Notes: generated by a model not told the origin, from the letters alone. Positions 25,873 through 40,039 are shown, counted from the first letter of the whole stretch. The stretch: 63,593 bases of DNA, filler included, from Chiloscyllium plagiosum (GCF_004010195.1; 5 parts of one record of this genome joined end to end with filler, not necessarily neighbours in it); one strand, 5' to 3'. A program made the numbers and translations.

Positions 25873-28800
25873 GATGATCATGGCTGGCCATTCGTTTAGG
25901 TGGTGCACCTGGAATGTCAAGGGGAGCAATTCACCAATCAAAAGGAAAACGATATTATCAAGAAAGGGTTGATGCAGCTCTCTTACAGGAGACACATCTA
26001 CTTGATAAAGAACACTTAAAATACAACAGGGTGGATTTGGTCAGGCTTTCTTTTCATCTTTCAGTTCAAAAAGTAGGGGAGTAGCCATTCTTATTTGGAA
26101 GAATCTTTCTTTCCAAATGTTAAGCCAGATAAAAGATGAGTCTGGGCAGTACATATTGATCAAAGCCCTAATACATGGAGAGGAATATGGAATTTTGAAT
26201 CTTTATTCCCCCACCCCAGTACACCCTTTTAAATTTGTAACGGAAGCATTCTCTAAGTTAATGGCTTTTGGGGTCCGCCTACAATTATAGAAGGAGATTT
26301 TAACTGTATTATGGACCCAGAGTTGGATAGGGTACCTCGGAGCACTACAGGTATATCTCTGAGATCTAGACAGCTGGCGGATCCGAAGAAGGAGCTAGGA
26401 CTAGTAGATGTGTGGAGATGCCGTCATCCCCAGGGTGGAGACTTTACTTTCTACTTTAACCCACATAAGTGTCCTACCAGAATTGACATGTTTTTTGCCC
26501 CCTCAACCCTCTTGAATTCAATACTGTCTTATAAATAGGTAATATAGCTGTCTGATCATGCTGCAGTATATATGGAAGTCAAGACTTGGGATGATGGGAT
26601 AAGCCCCCGACATTGGCATATGGATCCCTTCTTATTGAAGGATAGCAAATTTATAAAGTATTTTTCACAGGAATTCAAAGCCTTGTGGGAAATTAATTCA
26701 GGTACGGCCAGTAACCCATCGATGATGTGGGAGACCAGTAAGACATATGCACAAAGCTTGGTCATCTCATATAACGCAACCTGGAAAAGACAAGAGGCAG
26801 AGCAACAGCGCCTGCTCAATGCTCGCTTGAAGGCAGCTGAAACATCATATGTTGACAGGCCCTCCATTACTAAGTTGCAAAGGGCAGCCTTGGCACTTAC
26901 CCAAACAGTAAAGAGGGAAATATTATTCGCAAAGCAGAGATTATTTGAAACTGGCGACAAGCCCGGCAGATATCTGGCGAACCTTGCTAGAAAGAAAAAG
27001 ACTCCCCAAGCTATTACGTCCATTAGAGAAAGTGCTGGTACCTTGACTTGTAATCGTAAAAAGATCAATACAGCCTTTAGAAAGTTCTATTTTGAACTGT
27101 ATGAATCATAGGACTGTGAGGATAGAACTGGGAAGATGGAATCCTTCTTTAAAAATTTGGCCCTTCCGGGCTTAACCTTGGAGCCGGTGTTGAATGCCCC
27201 CCTGCCAACCCAGGAAGTACTGGATACGGTTAGGCAGCTTCAGAGTGGCAAAAATCCTGGACCAGATGGATTCCAGGTTGAGATCTATACAGAATTTACA
27301 GGGGAACTGGCCAGATCACTCATAAATATGTATAATTACTCACATAGTCAGGGCTGCCTCCTGCCTTCTTTGAGAGAAGTAAATATCTCTCTCATTCTTA
27401 AAAAGGGAAAGGCCCCAGCAGATTGCTCATCATATAGATCCATATCTTTGTTAATGTGGATTTCAAAATTCTTTCCAAAATGTTAGCATTAAGACTGGAG
27501 AGGACCAGAGGACCAGACGGGGTTTATAAAGAGTTGCAGGTCAACTAATAATATTAGAAGGGTCTTAAATGTGATACAATACTGCCAACAGGGAACAATT
27601 CCGGGTTTAGTTGTCTCCCTAGATGCAGAGAAGGCATTTAATCAGGTAGAATGGCCATATCTTTTTTATACATTGGAAAGGTTTGGTGTTGGAGAGGTAT
27701 TTACTAAATGGGTTTCAGTATTATATAATAATCCCAAAGCAGCAGTGATCACCAATGGTTTAGGTTCAGATAGCTTTAGTGTTGGCAGGAGCTGTCGTCA
27801 GGGATGTCCTCTTTCACCATTATTATTCATGCTAGTGATTGAACCACTGGAGGAAGCTATACGAGCTGACCCTAACATAACGGCTCTGAGGGTTGGTTCG
27901 GGCAAGCACAAAATCACTCTCTACGCGGATGATGTCCTCCTCTTCTTAAGTGATCCTTTGATATCTGTGCCCCGCCTAATTCAAGTGGTTAATCTATTTG
28001 GTATGTTCTCAGGTAATAAAATCAATTTTATGAAATTGGAGGCAATGCCGTTGGGTGGTCTTGCCAGTATATCCAATTTACCGGACGGATCTTGCTTTTC
28101 CTTTTGGTGGTCACTAGAAGGTTTTCTATACTTAGGTATTTTTTATCACTCCAGTATTTGGTCAGTTGTATAAAGAAGGGCTTATGCCCAAAACGTCGAT
28201 TCTCCTGTTCCCTGGATGCTGCCTGACCTGCTGCGCTTTTCCAGCAACACATTTCCAGGTCAGTTGTATAAAGCCAATTACGTACACTTATTAGAGAAAA
28301 TAAGGCAGGACCTTCAATGCTGGGGAGATCTCCCAATATCCTGGTTAGGCAGAGTAGCCTTAGTTAAGATGAATATCCTACCTCGTCTTATATATCCTAT
28401 GAGAATGCTCCCCCGATGCTGCTGAGACAGGCATTACATAAGCTCTACGGGTGGCACAGCTCCTTTATTTGGAATCATAGATGGCCCCTTATCAAATTAG
28501 AACAGATGCAACTTCCACAAGTAAGGGGAGGGCTGGATTTTCTAGATTTCAGGAGGTGCCAATTGAACTCCTTATTATCTTATGCAGCTGATTGGGTCTC
28601 TTGTGACCCACAATCAATCTGGTTAGATATTGAGACTTCCCAAGCAAAATGTTCCCTCATCAATCTTTTATTTATGGACAAGATGAGAGCTATTATGGAC
28701 TATTGTAAAAACCATATTGTATTAAATACAATTAAAGCTTGGAGGATAATGCAACAAAATGAGGGTAATCTGCAAAAAACCTCCCCTTATACTCCTATAG

Positions 28801-29722
28801 TGGGAGCATCGGGATTTCAGCAAGGGCTGACCAATGCTACATTTAAAACTTGGAAGTCTCCTGCTTGGGAGACCTGTCCAATGGGGAGGTTATGATGTCC
28901 TTTGAGCAGTTGCACCAGAAGTTTGGACTGCCAAACAGGGACCTCTTTCGGTATTTCCAAATACAAGACTTTATACAAAAGAAGACCACATTGAGTTAAT
29001 CCCTACAAATCGGATAGGGAAAGGAGAGTGCTATGGTCGATGGGGCTGCCCTCGGTCAGTACTCTTTTTCACTCATTATATAATAAGGTTCGAAGGACAT
29101 GGAATGATTATTTAAAACCTGGAATCAAGAATTAGGGTTGGAAATCTCTTTAGAAATGTGGGAGGACATCTGGGAAAATGCCAGAAAGATCTCCATTTGT
29201 AATAGAACTCAGGCTATTCAATTAAAGATACTTCACAGGGCTCATATGGCACCTGAACGACTCGCAAAATTCAAGGCAGTAGCATTCCCAATGTGTCCTA
29301 AATGTAAAATAGAAGTTGGTACTCTCACGCATTGTCTATGGACATGCCATAAGATCCGCAGGTATTGGGATAGAGTAGCGAATGCCTTGACAGAGATCTT
29401 GGGTACGGAGATTAGATTGGATGCAGTGTCCCTACGTTTGGGCTCTTCAGATTTTCCCTCCCTGGATATATACAGGAGGAAATTATTTGCCATTCTCCCC
29501 TTTTGTGTAAGGAAAAATATTTTAGTGAATTGGATAGCTGAAGGCCCCCCAGGACTTTCGAATTGCCACAGGATAGTTATGGAATATATCCCCCTTGACT
29601 TCCTCACAAATATGGTGCACCAAAAAACAGAATTATTTTATAAAACATGGCAGCCCTTTTTGAACTATATCGACACAGATATTTCAGCCATACTGTGCAG
29701 GGCTTTTGTCGAGCTATGGTAA
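25873..29722 (+). pseudogene. L1 ORF2 (APE, RT, CCHC), many frameshifts and stops
   Basis: WNVKG, LLQETHL, GDFN, RIDMF, SDH, PGPDGF, SLDAEKAF, RQGCPLSPLLF, YADD (27922-27933), CPKC..THCLWTC. Confidence 0.95.
28176..28257 (+). mobile_element. 82-bp Penelope family A insert within L1 ORF2
   Basis: Flanked by perfect 16-bp GGTCAGTTGTATAAAG at 28160-28175 and 28258-28273. Confidence 0.92.
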
Positions 29723-30030
29723 TAGTTCTGGCTGGTTCGGGGACCCCCGGGAGGAAGAATCCCATATGAATACGTGTTTTATTATATCTTGATGTAAATC
29801 TATTTTGAGCACGTATCTCAAAATTATTTAATTATTTTGTTGTTTACTACTAGTATTGTATGATATCCTATTTTATGTTTCGGTTGTTTGTAGGATAGAT
29901 TAGTAGTTAGTTGGGTTTTTATTTTCCTTTTTTGGTTATTATTTATTTTTTTCTTTTATTTAATTTTATATTGGTGCTTATATTTGTTTGTATTACCCTC
30001 CATCATGTTGTTTGGCACTACACTTTTGTG

Positions 30031-30174
30031 AAGAAAGTGAGGATTGCAGATGCTGGAGATCAGAATTGAAAAGTGTGACGCTGGAAAAGCACAGCAGGTC
30101 AGGCAGCATCTGAGGACCAGGAGAATCGACGTTTCAGGCATCAACCCTTCATCATTCCTGATGAAGGGCTTATG
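30031..30174. mobile_element. Penelope family A fold-back fragment
   Basis: Minus-strand pseudo-LTR ending CCCTTCATCA, then flips to plus TTCCTGATGAAGGGCTTATG. Confidence 0.8.
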
Positions 30175-30179
30175 ACATT

Positions 30180-33100
30180 TTTCAAACTCAAGCCTGGGCA
30201 TCAGTGAGGTACTGTGGGCCATTAAAAGCAGCCAAATCATACTCCAACACAATCTGTAAATTCATGGCCCAACATATTCACCCCATGCTGCCATTATTAT
30301 CGAGCCAGATGATCAACTCTGGTTCCACAAAGTGTGTCTGGAGCAACACCAGGTATACCTAAAAATGAAGTGTCAATCTGGAGAGGCTACCAAAGAACTA
30401 CTTGCATGCCAAACTACATTTGTAGCAAGTAAACCCTTAACCATTAGCAACAGATCAGATCTAAACTCTGCATTACTGTCACATCCAGTTGTAAAGGTGA
30501 TGGACAATTAAACACTGAAGGAGGAGGCTCCACATACATTTCCATTCTCAATAATGGAGGAGCCCACCACATCGGTGCAAAGGGTAAGGCTGGACATTGG
30601 CAAAGACCTTCAGCCAAAAATCTCAAGTGGATGATTCAGCTTGGCCTCCTCCAGTGAACTCCAGCATCACTGATACAAGTTTTCATCCAATTTGACCTAC
30701 TCCACATGATTTCAGAAAATGGTTAGAAGCACTGGATACTGCAAAGGCTCTGGGCCCTGACAGCATTCTGGTAATAGGACTGAAGACTTGTGCTCTAGAA
30801 ACTGTGCACCCCTAGTCAAGCTGTTCCATATACAGTTACAATGTTTGTAACTATCCAACAATGTGAAAATTGCCCAGGAATATTCTGTACTCAAAACCCA
30901 GAACAAATCCAACCTGGCCAATTACAATCAGATTATCCTTGATCATCAATAAAGTGATGGAAAGTGTTATCAATAGTACTATAAATTTGCTCAGCAAATA
31001 GCCTTATTTAATTCATTCTCAGGATGTTGACATTTATTGCCCATTCCAAGTTACCCTGGAGAAGATGGTAGTGAGCTTCCTTCTTTAACTACTGCAGCCA
31101 CTACTCACCACAGTGGTGCTGTTATGGAGGGAGTTCCAGGATTTTGATCCAGCAACACTGAAGGAGCAACAATATTTGCAAGGGTGGATGATGTGTGGTT
31201 TGGAAGGGGATTTGCAGGTAGGAGGGATCCCATTTGGTTACTGCCTTCAGCCTTCTAAGTGGTAGCAGTAGTTGGTTTAGAAAGTGCTGTATAAGGAATC
31301 ATGGTCAGTTGTTGCAGTGTATAATGTAAATTCTGTGCACTGCTGCCAATCAAACAGGCTGCTTTGTCCTGGAATATGTCAAGCTTCTTGAGTGTTATTG
31401 GAGCTGCACTCATCTAAGCAAGTGAATGCTATTCCATCACACTTCTGACTTGTACCTTGTAGATGAGAGACAGGAATTAGAGTGTCAGGAGATGACTTAG
31501 TCATCGTAGAATTCCTAGCCTCTGACCTACTCTTGTAGCCATATTATTTAGACAGTTGATGTATTTCAGTTTCTGGCTAAGCAAAACCACTCCCTAAGAT
31601 GTTGATCGCAGGGAATTCAGCGATGGTAATGCCATCAAATATCAAGGAGAGATGGTTAGATGCTCTCCTGTTGGTCATTACTTGGCATTTGAATATCAAA
31701 TATGATACTTACCACTTAATAGCCCAAAATGTAATGTCATCTAGGTGTCGGCAGCATTTGGACAGGGACTGCTTCGATATCTGCAGAGTCACAAATGGTA
31801 CTGAACATTATACATTAACAAAAGAATCTTCTACACCACCACTCATATCAATGGCAACATAGCATGCTTTGAGATAATCTCAAAGAATTATTATCCTCAA
31901 TTATCTTCGATTCGAGAACCGTGTAAACGATTTATTTTGGTAACAGAGTTTACAAGCCATTCTCCAGCATTGCAAACTTTGAGCTTCTTTTCTGGAGATA
32001 GTAGGGCCAACATGCCTATCACTAAGAGGATTTAAGATAAACGGAACAGTTACTTAATAATTAGAATGGTTTATCAGTTTCTTAAACAGGTTTATCTTAT
32101 ATTTAATACTTTATTAGCTTTTACATGATAGATTAATGAACACATATGAATTATAAATTAGTTAATTGCAACAAAGTGCATTGCTGTTTGTGTGAGGCAC
32201 TTGTTGGAGTTGAATAAATAGTGATATGTAATAGGTGTGGTGCATTAAGCAGTGTTTGAATTTATTTGCATTGAGCTGTATTTAAATTTAGCAAAGGAAG
32301 ATCAAGAAACTGAAAGAAAATAAAGTTGAATATGAAAGGAAGTAAATGTTTGTTAAAAAAAGGACTGTAAATATATATATAAAAGAGCATATTGGAATCT
32401 ATTGTAAAGAGAATGATAACTGGATAATCCAAAAATAATAGTAGTATTAGAGAGAGTTGACACAGATTTATGAAAAGGAATCATGTTTGACAAACCTATT
32501 TGAGTTTTGTGGAACGCAATGAGCAGAGTACGATTATAGGTAGCTAGTGAAAGTAGTTCAATTTCCAGAAGACTTTCAATAAGGTTTCACACAAGAGGTC
32601 AGTAATAGAAGTTGGGTCACATGACACTGTTTTTCAAAACATTCTCATGGTAAATGGGCACTACTGGCTGGCCAGCATTTATTGCTCATCTCCAGCTGCC
32701 CTTGGAAGGTGATGAGCCACTATAGTCTATGTGTTGTCGGTAGATCCACAATGCCCTTATGGAGGAAATTCCTGGATTTCAACCTAGCAACAGTGAAGGA
32801 ACAGTGATATATTTCCAAACGATAATGAGTAGCTTGAAAAGGAACTTACAGTTGATAGAGTTCCCATGTATCTGCTGTTCCTGCCCTTGATAGAAGTGGT
32901 TGTGGATTTGAAAGGTGCTGTCTGAGGATCTTTAGTGAATTTCTGTAGTACATTTTGTAGATATACATATGGCTGCAATTAAGCATTGGTGATAAAGGGA
33001 GTAGATGCTTGTGTATGTGGTGCCAGTCTAGTGGTGTCAAGCTTCTTGAGAGTTGTTGGAGCTGCCCTCATCCAGGCAAGTATCACACTCCTGACTTGTG

Positions 33101-33550
33101 CCTCGAAGATGGTGGCCAGGCTTTGGGGGTCAGGAGCTGAGTTACTTGTGCAATATTCTTTGCTTCGGACCTGCTCATGTAGTCACTCAATTTATATGGT
33201 GAGTCCAGTTGAGCTTCTGGTCAATGGTAAGCTCCAGAATGTGGTGTAATCATTGATGGTAACAGCATAGAACATCAAGGCGCAGTGGCTAGATTGTTTC
33301 TTATTGGAGAGAAAATGAGGTCTGCAGATGCTGGAGATCAGAGATGGAAATGTGTTGCTGGAGAAGGTTATTGCCTGGCATTTGTATGATACAAATATGT
33401 TACTTGATATTTGTCAGCTCAAGCCTGGATATGGATTACTTCAGCATCTGAGAAGTCATGAATGGTGATGAACATTGCCATTAATTGCACAAACATCCTC
33501 ACTTCTGACCTTATAACAGAGGGAAGGTGATTAATGAAGCAGCTGATGTT
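30180..33550. mobile_element. Cluster of old CR1/L2-group LINE fragments (30180-30995 +, 31020-31830 -, 32380-32630 +, 32635-33550 -)
   Basis: LDTAKALGPDSI, ANYNQI; CCAGCATTTATTGC-type 3' ends; DFQKTFNKVSHKR-like motif. Confidence 0.7.
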
Positions 33551-33619
33551 TGGGCGCAAAAGGACAATATACACCTCTTAAAGCCATTGTATCTTTAGAA
33601 CAGATGCTGCCAAATCTGT

Positions 33620-34330
33620 TATAAGACCATAATAAATAGGAACTGGAGTAAGGAGAAAGTGAGGTCTGCAGATGCTGGAGATCAGAGCTGGAGATGTGTT
33701 GCTGGAAAAGCGCAGCAGGTCAGGCAGCATCCAGGGAACAGGAGAATCGACGTTTCGGGCATAAGCCCTTTCTCAGGAATGAGGAAAGTTTGTCCAGCAG
33801 GCTAAGATAAAAGAAGGGCTTTTCTTTGTCAGGAGAACGTCGATTCTCCTGTTCCCTGGATGCTGCCTGACCTGCTGCGCTTTTCCAGCAACACATCTCC
33901 AGGAACTGGAGTAAGCCATTTGCCTCCTCTAAACCTGTTCTGCCATTCAATAGGATCACGGATGCTCCGACATTCCTCAAATCCACTCTCCTACAATATC
34001 CCCACAAGCTTGATTCTGTAATTGATCAACAATCTATCTCAGCCTTAACTACATCTAAGGACATGGTCTTTGACATCTTTCTGTGGCAAGGAGTTCCAAT
34101 GACTCTCAACCCTCAGAAGAAATTCCTCATAATCTCAGTCTTAAATTGGCATCCATTTATTCTGAAAACACACCCTCTGGTCTTAGACTTTCCCTGAATG
34201 GAAACATCCTCCCAACATTTACTTTGTCAAACCCTTAATGATCCTTTATGTTTCAACGAAATCATCTCTCATTCTTCTAAACTCCAATGAATAGAGACCC
34301 AACTGTTTAATCTTAGCTTATAAGACAATC
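33620..34330 (-). mobile_element. CR1 3' end
   Basis: ATAAGACCATAA tail and CR1 terminal sequence. Confidence 0.8.
33653..33900. mobile_element. Penelope family A fold-back insertion within a CR1 tail
   Basis: Inverted arms; perfect 15-bp TSD AGGAACTGGAGTAAG at 33638-33652 and 33901-33915. Confidence 0.92.
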
Positions 34331-34872
34331 AGAGAGCGGCGGGAGCTGGGCGGAAGTTCAGACGGAGCGCAAAGCCGGTCGGGAAGGTAAGTGATTACTA
34401 TTTGAGTGGGTGTGTTCTAAACCCCAGGTCCTACAAAGTAGGGTCTCCCTCCTCCTCTAACCTTAATTAAGAGTCCACAGACATGCCACAAAAAGAGGGT
34501 CTAAGGAAGCTTAGATCGAAGAGTGAGGCTTCAGCTCAGGACTCTTTGACAAGGAGGTTGAGTGAAGTGATTACACCACAGTTGAAGAGGGTGAAGACAT
34601 GACTGCCCAGCTGGTTCAGTGCGCTACGTGCTTGATGTGGGAGGTCAACGACTCTGGTGTGTCTGGCTCGTATATGTTTGGAAAGTGTGTGCACATTCAG
34701 CAATTGACCGAGCATATTGCAGCACTGACGAAAGAACTCGAAGATCTTAGGCTCATCCGAGAAAACGAGATCTTTCTGGACAAGACCTTCAGCATGGTTA
34801 TTACACCAATCATGCCAGAAGAGAGCAGAAGAGAGCAGACGATGAGGAAGGCGGAGAGGAGACAGGTGCAAG
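34331..34872 (+). mobile_element. CR1 5' end with ORF1 zinc finger/zipper (ATG 34599)
   Basis: CpG-rich start; MTAQLVQCATCLMWEV..GKCVHIQQL..LEDLRLIRENEIFLDKTF; runs into the spacer. Confidence 0.88.
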
Positions 34873-34972
34873 NNNNNNNNNNNNNNNNNNNNNNNNNNNN
34901 NNNNNNNNNNNNNNNNTTAATTAATTAANNNNNNNNNNNNNNNNNNNNNNNNNNNNNNNNNNNNNNNNNNNN
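34873..34972. other. Artificial contig spacer
   Basis: N44-TTAATTAATTAA-N44. Confidence 0.97.
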
Positions 34973-35312
34973 CACATCACCTGCCCAGCCATCTCTGCTT
35001 AGTTAGTTAATTACTTAATTTGTACAAGTATGAGTTAGAATACCTTCTGATACCTCTCTGCTATAGTTTTTTTTACCCTAAATAAGGACTTGATGTATAC
35101 ACACAAGCCGCCTTCCTGACTTATATACTCACTTTTCCTTCCCGGCTGCCCCTCTGCTTGCCGTCACTTCCTCTGCTGCTCCCGCTCTTTCTGTGGAGAG
35201 AGAGTAAAAAAAAAACACACCGCTGCCCGCTACAGGTAAGCAATTTTAAAACAAACTGTCTTACCTTTGCTGTAGTCTCCCGGGTTCGCTTTTACTTCGA
35301 CGCTGCTCCCAC
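34973..35312 (-). mobile_element. CR1 5'UTR, another subfamily
   Basis: CpG-rich start; reads into ATGGCTGGGCAGGTGATGTG (MAGQVM, cf. the ORF1 start at 44338). Confidence 0.7.
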
Positions 35313-38300
35313 TCAAAATGCAGTATCTCTGACTCCAACGTTTTGGACATTCACCTTCACTTCTCATTATGATTGGCATTAAGACTTTCATCTCCTGTGG
35401 CTACATTCTCCAAGACATTCTTCTTAAATGTTTCAGTGTTTCTCCTTATACAGTGCTCAATTCAGCATTCCATTGAGTTCCAGACTATTAATTCTTGGTT
35501 TGAAGTAATTTTCTGTACTTTATTTCTTAAAGTTGTCATTTTAATTGCACTAATTGATTTCAAAAAGTTCAAATGATGAGGGTTAGCTTCTTCTTTCCAG
35601 TTGCAATCAGCAATTTTACAATCAGTAGTTCATGCTGAGTTGTTTCTTTATATGTGGCTATCTCATTAACTTAACAAAGGGATTTAACAAGGTATAATGG
35701 TGGGGGCATTGGCTACCATTCTCCATCAAACACAACAGCCCCACAATATATGATCCCAATATGCAAAGACCAAACTTTTTGTCTCTATTTAACCAAGCTG
35801 CCAATGTTAAAGGCCCATTAGCTGTGAATTGGTAGTACTTGGGAACTGAATTTAACTTGGATCTCAACTGTACTCATGTATGTAAGAACAGGCTATAACT
35901 GCAGTTATTGGGTTTGAGGTGCACAATATGTGTGCATTTGCAAATGAAATCTTGTAAGCATATAAATACTTAGTTCCAGATCTACTCTTCACTGCCTCGA
36001 TATCTGAGATCTAATATCCCACCATGTGGTCTTAAACCATGATTCTGACTTAGACGTGGGACGCTATATGATTGAGCCAAGGTTTACTCCTATGTTAGGA
36101 GTTTTATGTTTTTAAGGTAAATTGTTGGTCCGTTAAGGAACTCATAATTCTCCTTGACAGTCCCTGAAGAATTCCATTTAAAGTTCCTTTAAAAGAAAGC
36201 TTTCTGAAATTAATTCAGAACTTGTCTTTTTATGAATGTGCTCATTGTCCTACGTTGACTTTGAAGTAGTGCCCCCTTCACCTTGTATGCCATGTTTAAT
36301 GCACTTCTAAAACCAATATTATTGTGAAGTGGGAGACACAGGCAAGCTAGTTTTTCTCATCTCTAATTGTTCCAAGAATAGTAACAGTCAATCTTCTCAT
36401 CTCTTCCCTGAAAGAAAACATACAGTCATAATACTAAAGGAATTTTTTCACTGTTATACTGGAGTATACAACAAAACTATTACTATTATCAACCTATTAA
36501 ACTATTATTAGTATTCTTCCTTTTGTATGTTGATCTTTTCTTTCTGATGGCCTGGCTACTTCTAAACCATTTGTCTATTCTTTCTAGTTTTCTCTCCTCA
36601 CCTTTCTTTATGATAATCTTGTATTTCCCTTTATTATTTCACTTCCCATCACCTTTGAAACATTTGAAGTCCAGTTTGTTTATTCTGCTTGTATAATCAT
36701 TGCTTATATAGCTACCTGATGCATGCTGAGCATTAATGCTGTTAAAGCTATTGAATTTTTCTACAATAGCTGAAATGTTAAATATTGTCCCAAACACCAC
36801 CCCATTCAATTTGTTGACTCAATTTCTTGAATTTTGTCTTTTTGAGATTGGTAGCTGGGCATTAGCTTCTGGAGCATCCAATCTCCGATCATATCAAACA
36901 TACTTGTGTGATGATTATTATCAGTTAAAGATTAGATTAGCCTGATTGTTCCATCTGGCTCCTTATTTCTGAAAGCACAGATTTATAGAACCTGTGAAAC
37001 TACAGAAATGATTTGAACACTGGTCAACTTAATGCGCTTTGAGATAAACAACCAGCCTTCCCAACAACAGCAATACTTTTAGATAAAATACGGCAAAGGC
37101 TAAAAATCTGAAATAAAAGCAAAACATGGGGCAAGTCCATCAGTGTCTGTGGATTGAACAGGTAATATTTAGGGCCTGTGCCTTTGATCTAAAAACTAGT
37201 TTCAGTTTGTTATTTGTTCACTGTCCAAAGCATTATTTAATTGTTAATATGCCAATGTCGATCTATTGAATATGGATTTAAACAATTAATGGAATGGCTC
37301 CGCTCTATTAAAGATGCCTTTAATAAACTTGGTGGAAATTTGGATGGGGCTGGAAAATGTTAGGGGCATAATTCTCTGAGGTTGTAGATCAGAGCTGAGA
37401 ATCTTTTTTGTAAAATGCAGTCATTGCACACAGAACTTCTAGTTACTTAAGAGGAATTCTCCCTGAAGACACTGAAATAAAAATGCAATATTGCAGAAGC
37501 TGGAAATCTGGTGTAAAAAGGGAAAATGCTGGGGAAACTCAGCAGGTCTGGCAGTGCCAGAGTTAATGTTTCGAGTCCAAAACTCACTTTCTGAAGAACA
37601 GTAGAAAGTCAACCGGTAAAACAAAACAATAGAAACAGTGGAAGAGTAGAAATCTAACCAATAGATATTAGTAAACAACTAACCTGAGAGTGATTGCTGA
37701 TCCCCTTAAATGGGGTGACCACTCCCCCTTCACCTCAGTTGAGAGAGTTTTCTATAAATGGTGAGGGTTGGGGGAATTCTGCATGTTGTTGAACAAAAGT
37801 TTAGCTATGTATGTTTAAGAAAAAGTGTTAAATAGTTGAAAATGGCAGTACTTGTATGTTGACAGATGTCACAGTCCACCTTCCCTGCTTACTTCTGGTA
37901 CACGCTCCTAATTCCCATGGCAATGCCATTAGCTGGATAGAAGTTGATGTGTATTGTGTTGGAAGTATGTGTGAGTAGTGCAAACAATAATTTTTGTATT
38001 AAATTGACATCTGAAATGCCAAAACTACACCCAGTTTTATGGTCACAAACAAAAATAGAAGTTGCTGGAAAAGCTCAGCAGCTCTGGCAGCACCTGTGGA
38101 GAGAAATCAAGTGACCCTTCCTCAGAACCAATCCCAGTTTTATGATCCTGGACTACAGATTCTGATTACTGTTCTCAATTTATTCAGAAGGAAAGTACAA
38201 ATATTTCTGGTCGAGAGCGATTTTCCTTTCAAATTCTGCTATATGTCTGATTTGTGGTTTACGGGTTTTACATTTAGTAACTTGAATGTGCACTTCCAGC

Positions 38301-40039
38301 TCTGTGTTGGGAGCACTAAAGATTAAACTTTACCCAAAGTTCTTTTAAATATTTTGCTCAAGCATTTCCCTTCTGTACCTCAAACCCAGGCCTGAGCTCA
38401 GTTACCAAGGACTTCTTAGTTTCCTTTTTTCTGAGGATCAATGGCCAGCAACTAATAAGTAGTTCTCATTCTGTGCACAGCCATGTTGCTTTTTAAACTA
38501 GGACAGCCACAAGCTTAAACTACTCACTCAATGTCCTTCATGAAATTTGGGAAACATGCTGTGGTGAATGCAAAATATAATGGTCATAAAACAGAGGGAT
38601 AATTATACTTGCCTAAATGAATTTTGGGGTTTGGGGTGAGGGAGTCATATCCAACTTTAGATCACATCAGGTACTTATTTAGATTCAGTGCTTACCCTCA
38701 GTGTAAGCAGTCTGATTTCAATTCTGGTATTTCTCCACAGATGATTGTGACATTAACCAGTACATTCCTTATATTGTAATTTGATGTTGTCCAATTTACA
38801 TTTGGTTTCCTGACTCATTAATTTCCTAATTACCACGAGAGATTTGTAGATAGTGGAAAAAAATTTTAGAAAGAAAAATTCCTTCTATAATTCCTCCAAT
38901 TTGCATTGTTATCCTTCATTCCTGAGGTATCCCAGGATCTTAACCTACCCTGAGGACAGTTAAATTTAATTAGCAATTTAAATGGCATGCAAAAACTGAT
39001 TTTTTTTTCTCCAAAGTAGGTTGGTAGTTGTGAAAAAATAGGTTCAGTGTTTATGATTTTCTTTTCAGTATATGTTCATTGAAATGAAAGGCTTGATTAA
39101 ATGTTCTCCTGCAGTCAAAGTGAAGGAGGGCTTATGTTGTTTAAATATATTGATTGCAATTAATTTGCATTTGCACCTTATACCAAATGAACTCGAAAAT
39201 GTTTACAGCATTATCTGATGAATTATGTTCCTATTATTAGTAGCTGTCTTAATCTTAATATCATACCGGTTTAGTGTTTGTCCACATTTCACTGCTGCTG
39301 TTACATTTGGGTATCAGGGAGGTATCAGTGTAAAATTTCAATGTCACCCATGCTCAAAGTGATTTGCTTGTGCTGCCTAGTGATTGCGTGCATATCTCTG
39401 GGATCAGCTTTCTTAATGCACCTTATTTGTAGTTGGCCAAACATGGAAAGGGTACTGTTCCATCACATCCAAGGTGATCCAAAAGGTATAACAGATCAGT
39501 TAGCTATGGGAAGTCAAACATATAATCCTGTTGGTAGCATTTGGCAAGCTGCATCAAAGGGAAAGCATCTACCCTGCTGAATATTTCAATGCGTTACAGA
39601 AAATCTATCTCACCTTTCATGGGAGGAGGGGCCAGTCTCTGTTTATATGCTGTTAAACAACTTAAGCTCCATATGTCATGGTATAAAATTATTTTAGGAG
39701 CAGTGTAACTGAAGCAGAGCTCTGGCCACGGTGCTTAACATTAACTTGATGATTACTGATTGCTAACCACTGCACTGGTTTCTATCTATGAATGCTTTGT
39801 GTTGTTTTATTTAATAGATAAACATTACAATAAAGCAATTCCACTATTTTAGAGAATCAGTGACTGAATTAACTGATGTGTTACACTTTTAGGAAGTGTG
39901 ACATTAACTCTTTGTATACCCATAAACGTTTATCTATGTACATGTTGTTCCACAATATCTGTATCATAAAAGTTTATTTTTGTAAATATCTGACCCATGG
40001 AATTGGAAATCTATAAACTGCAATGTATCAATCATGTTT

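Larger units (their letters stand above)
24200..29965 (+). mobile_element. Near-full-length fish-type L1 LINE, inactivated
   Basis: 5' CAAGATGGTGGC (YY1-like, 24206-24217); ORF1, spacer, ORF2, T-rich 3'UTR; no poly(A) or TSD visible. Confidence 0.95.

Noticed and set aside
39278..39580. ORF with a signal-peptide-like hydrophobic stretch
   Set aside because: No recognisable family or splice structure; expected by chance.
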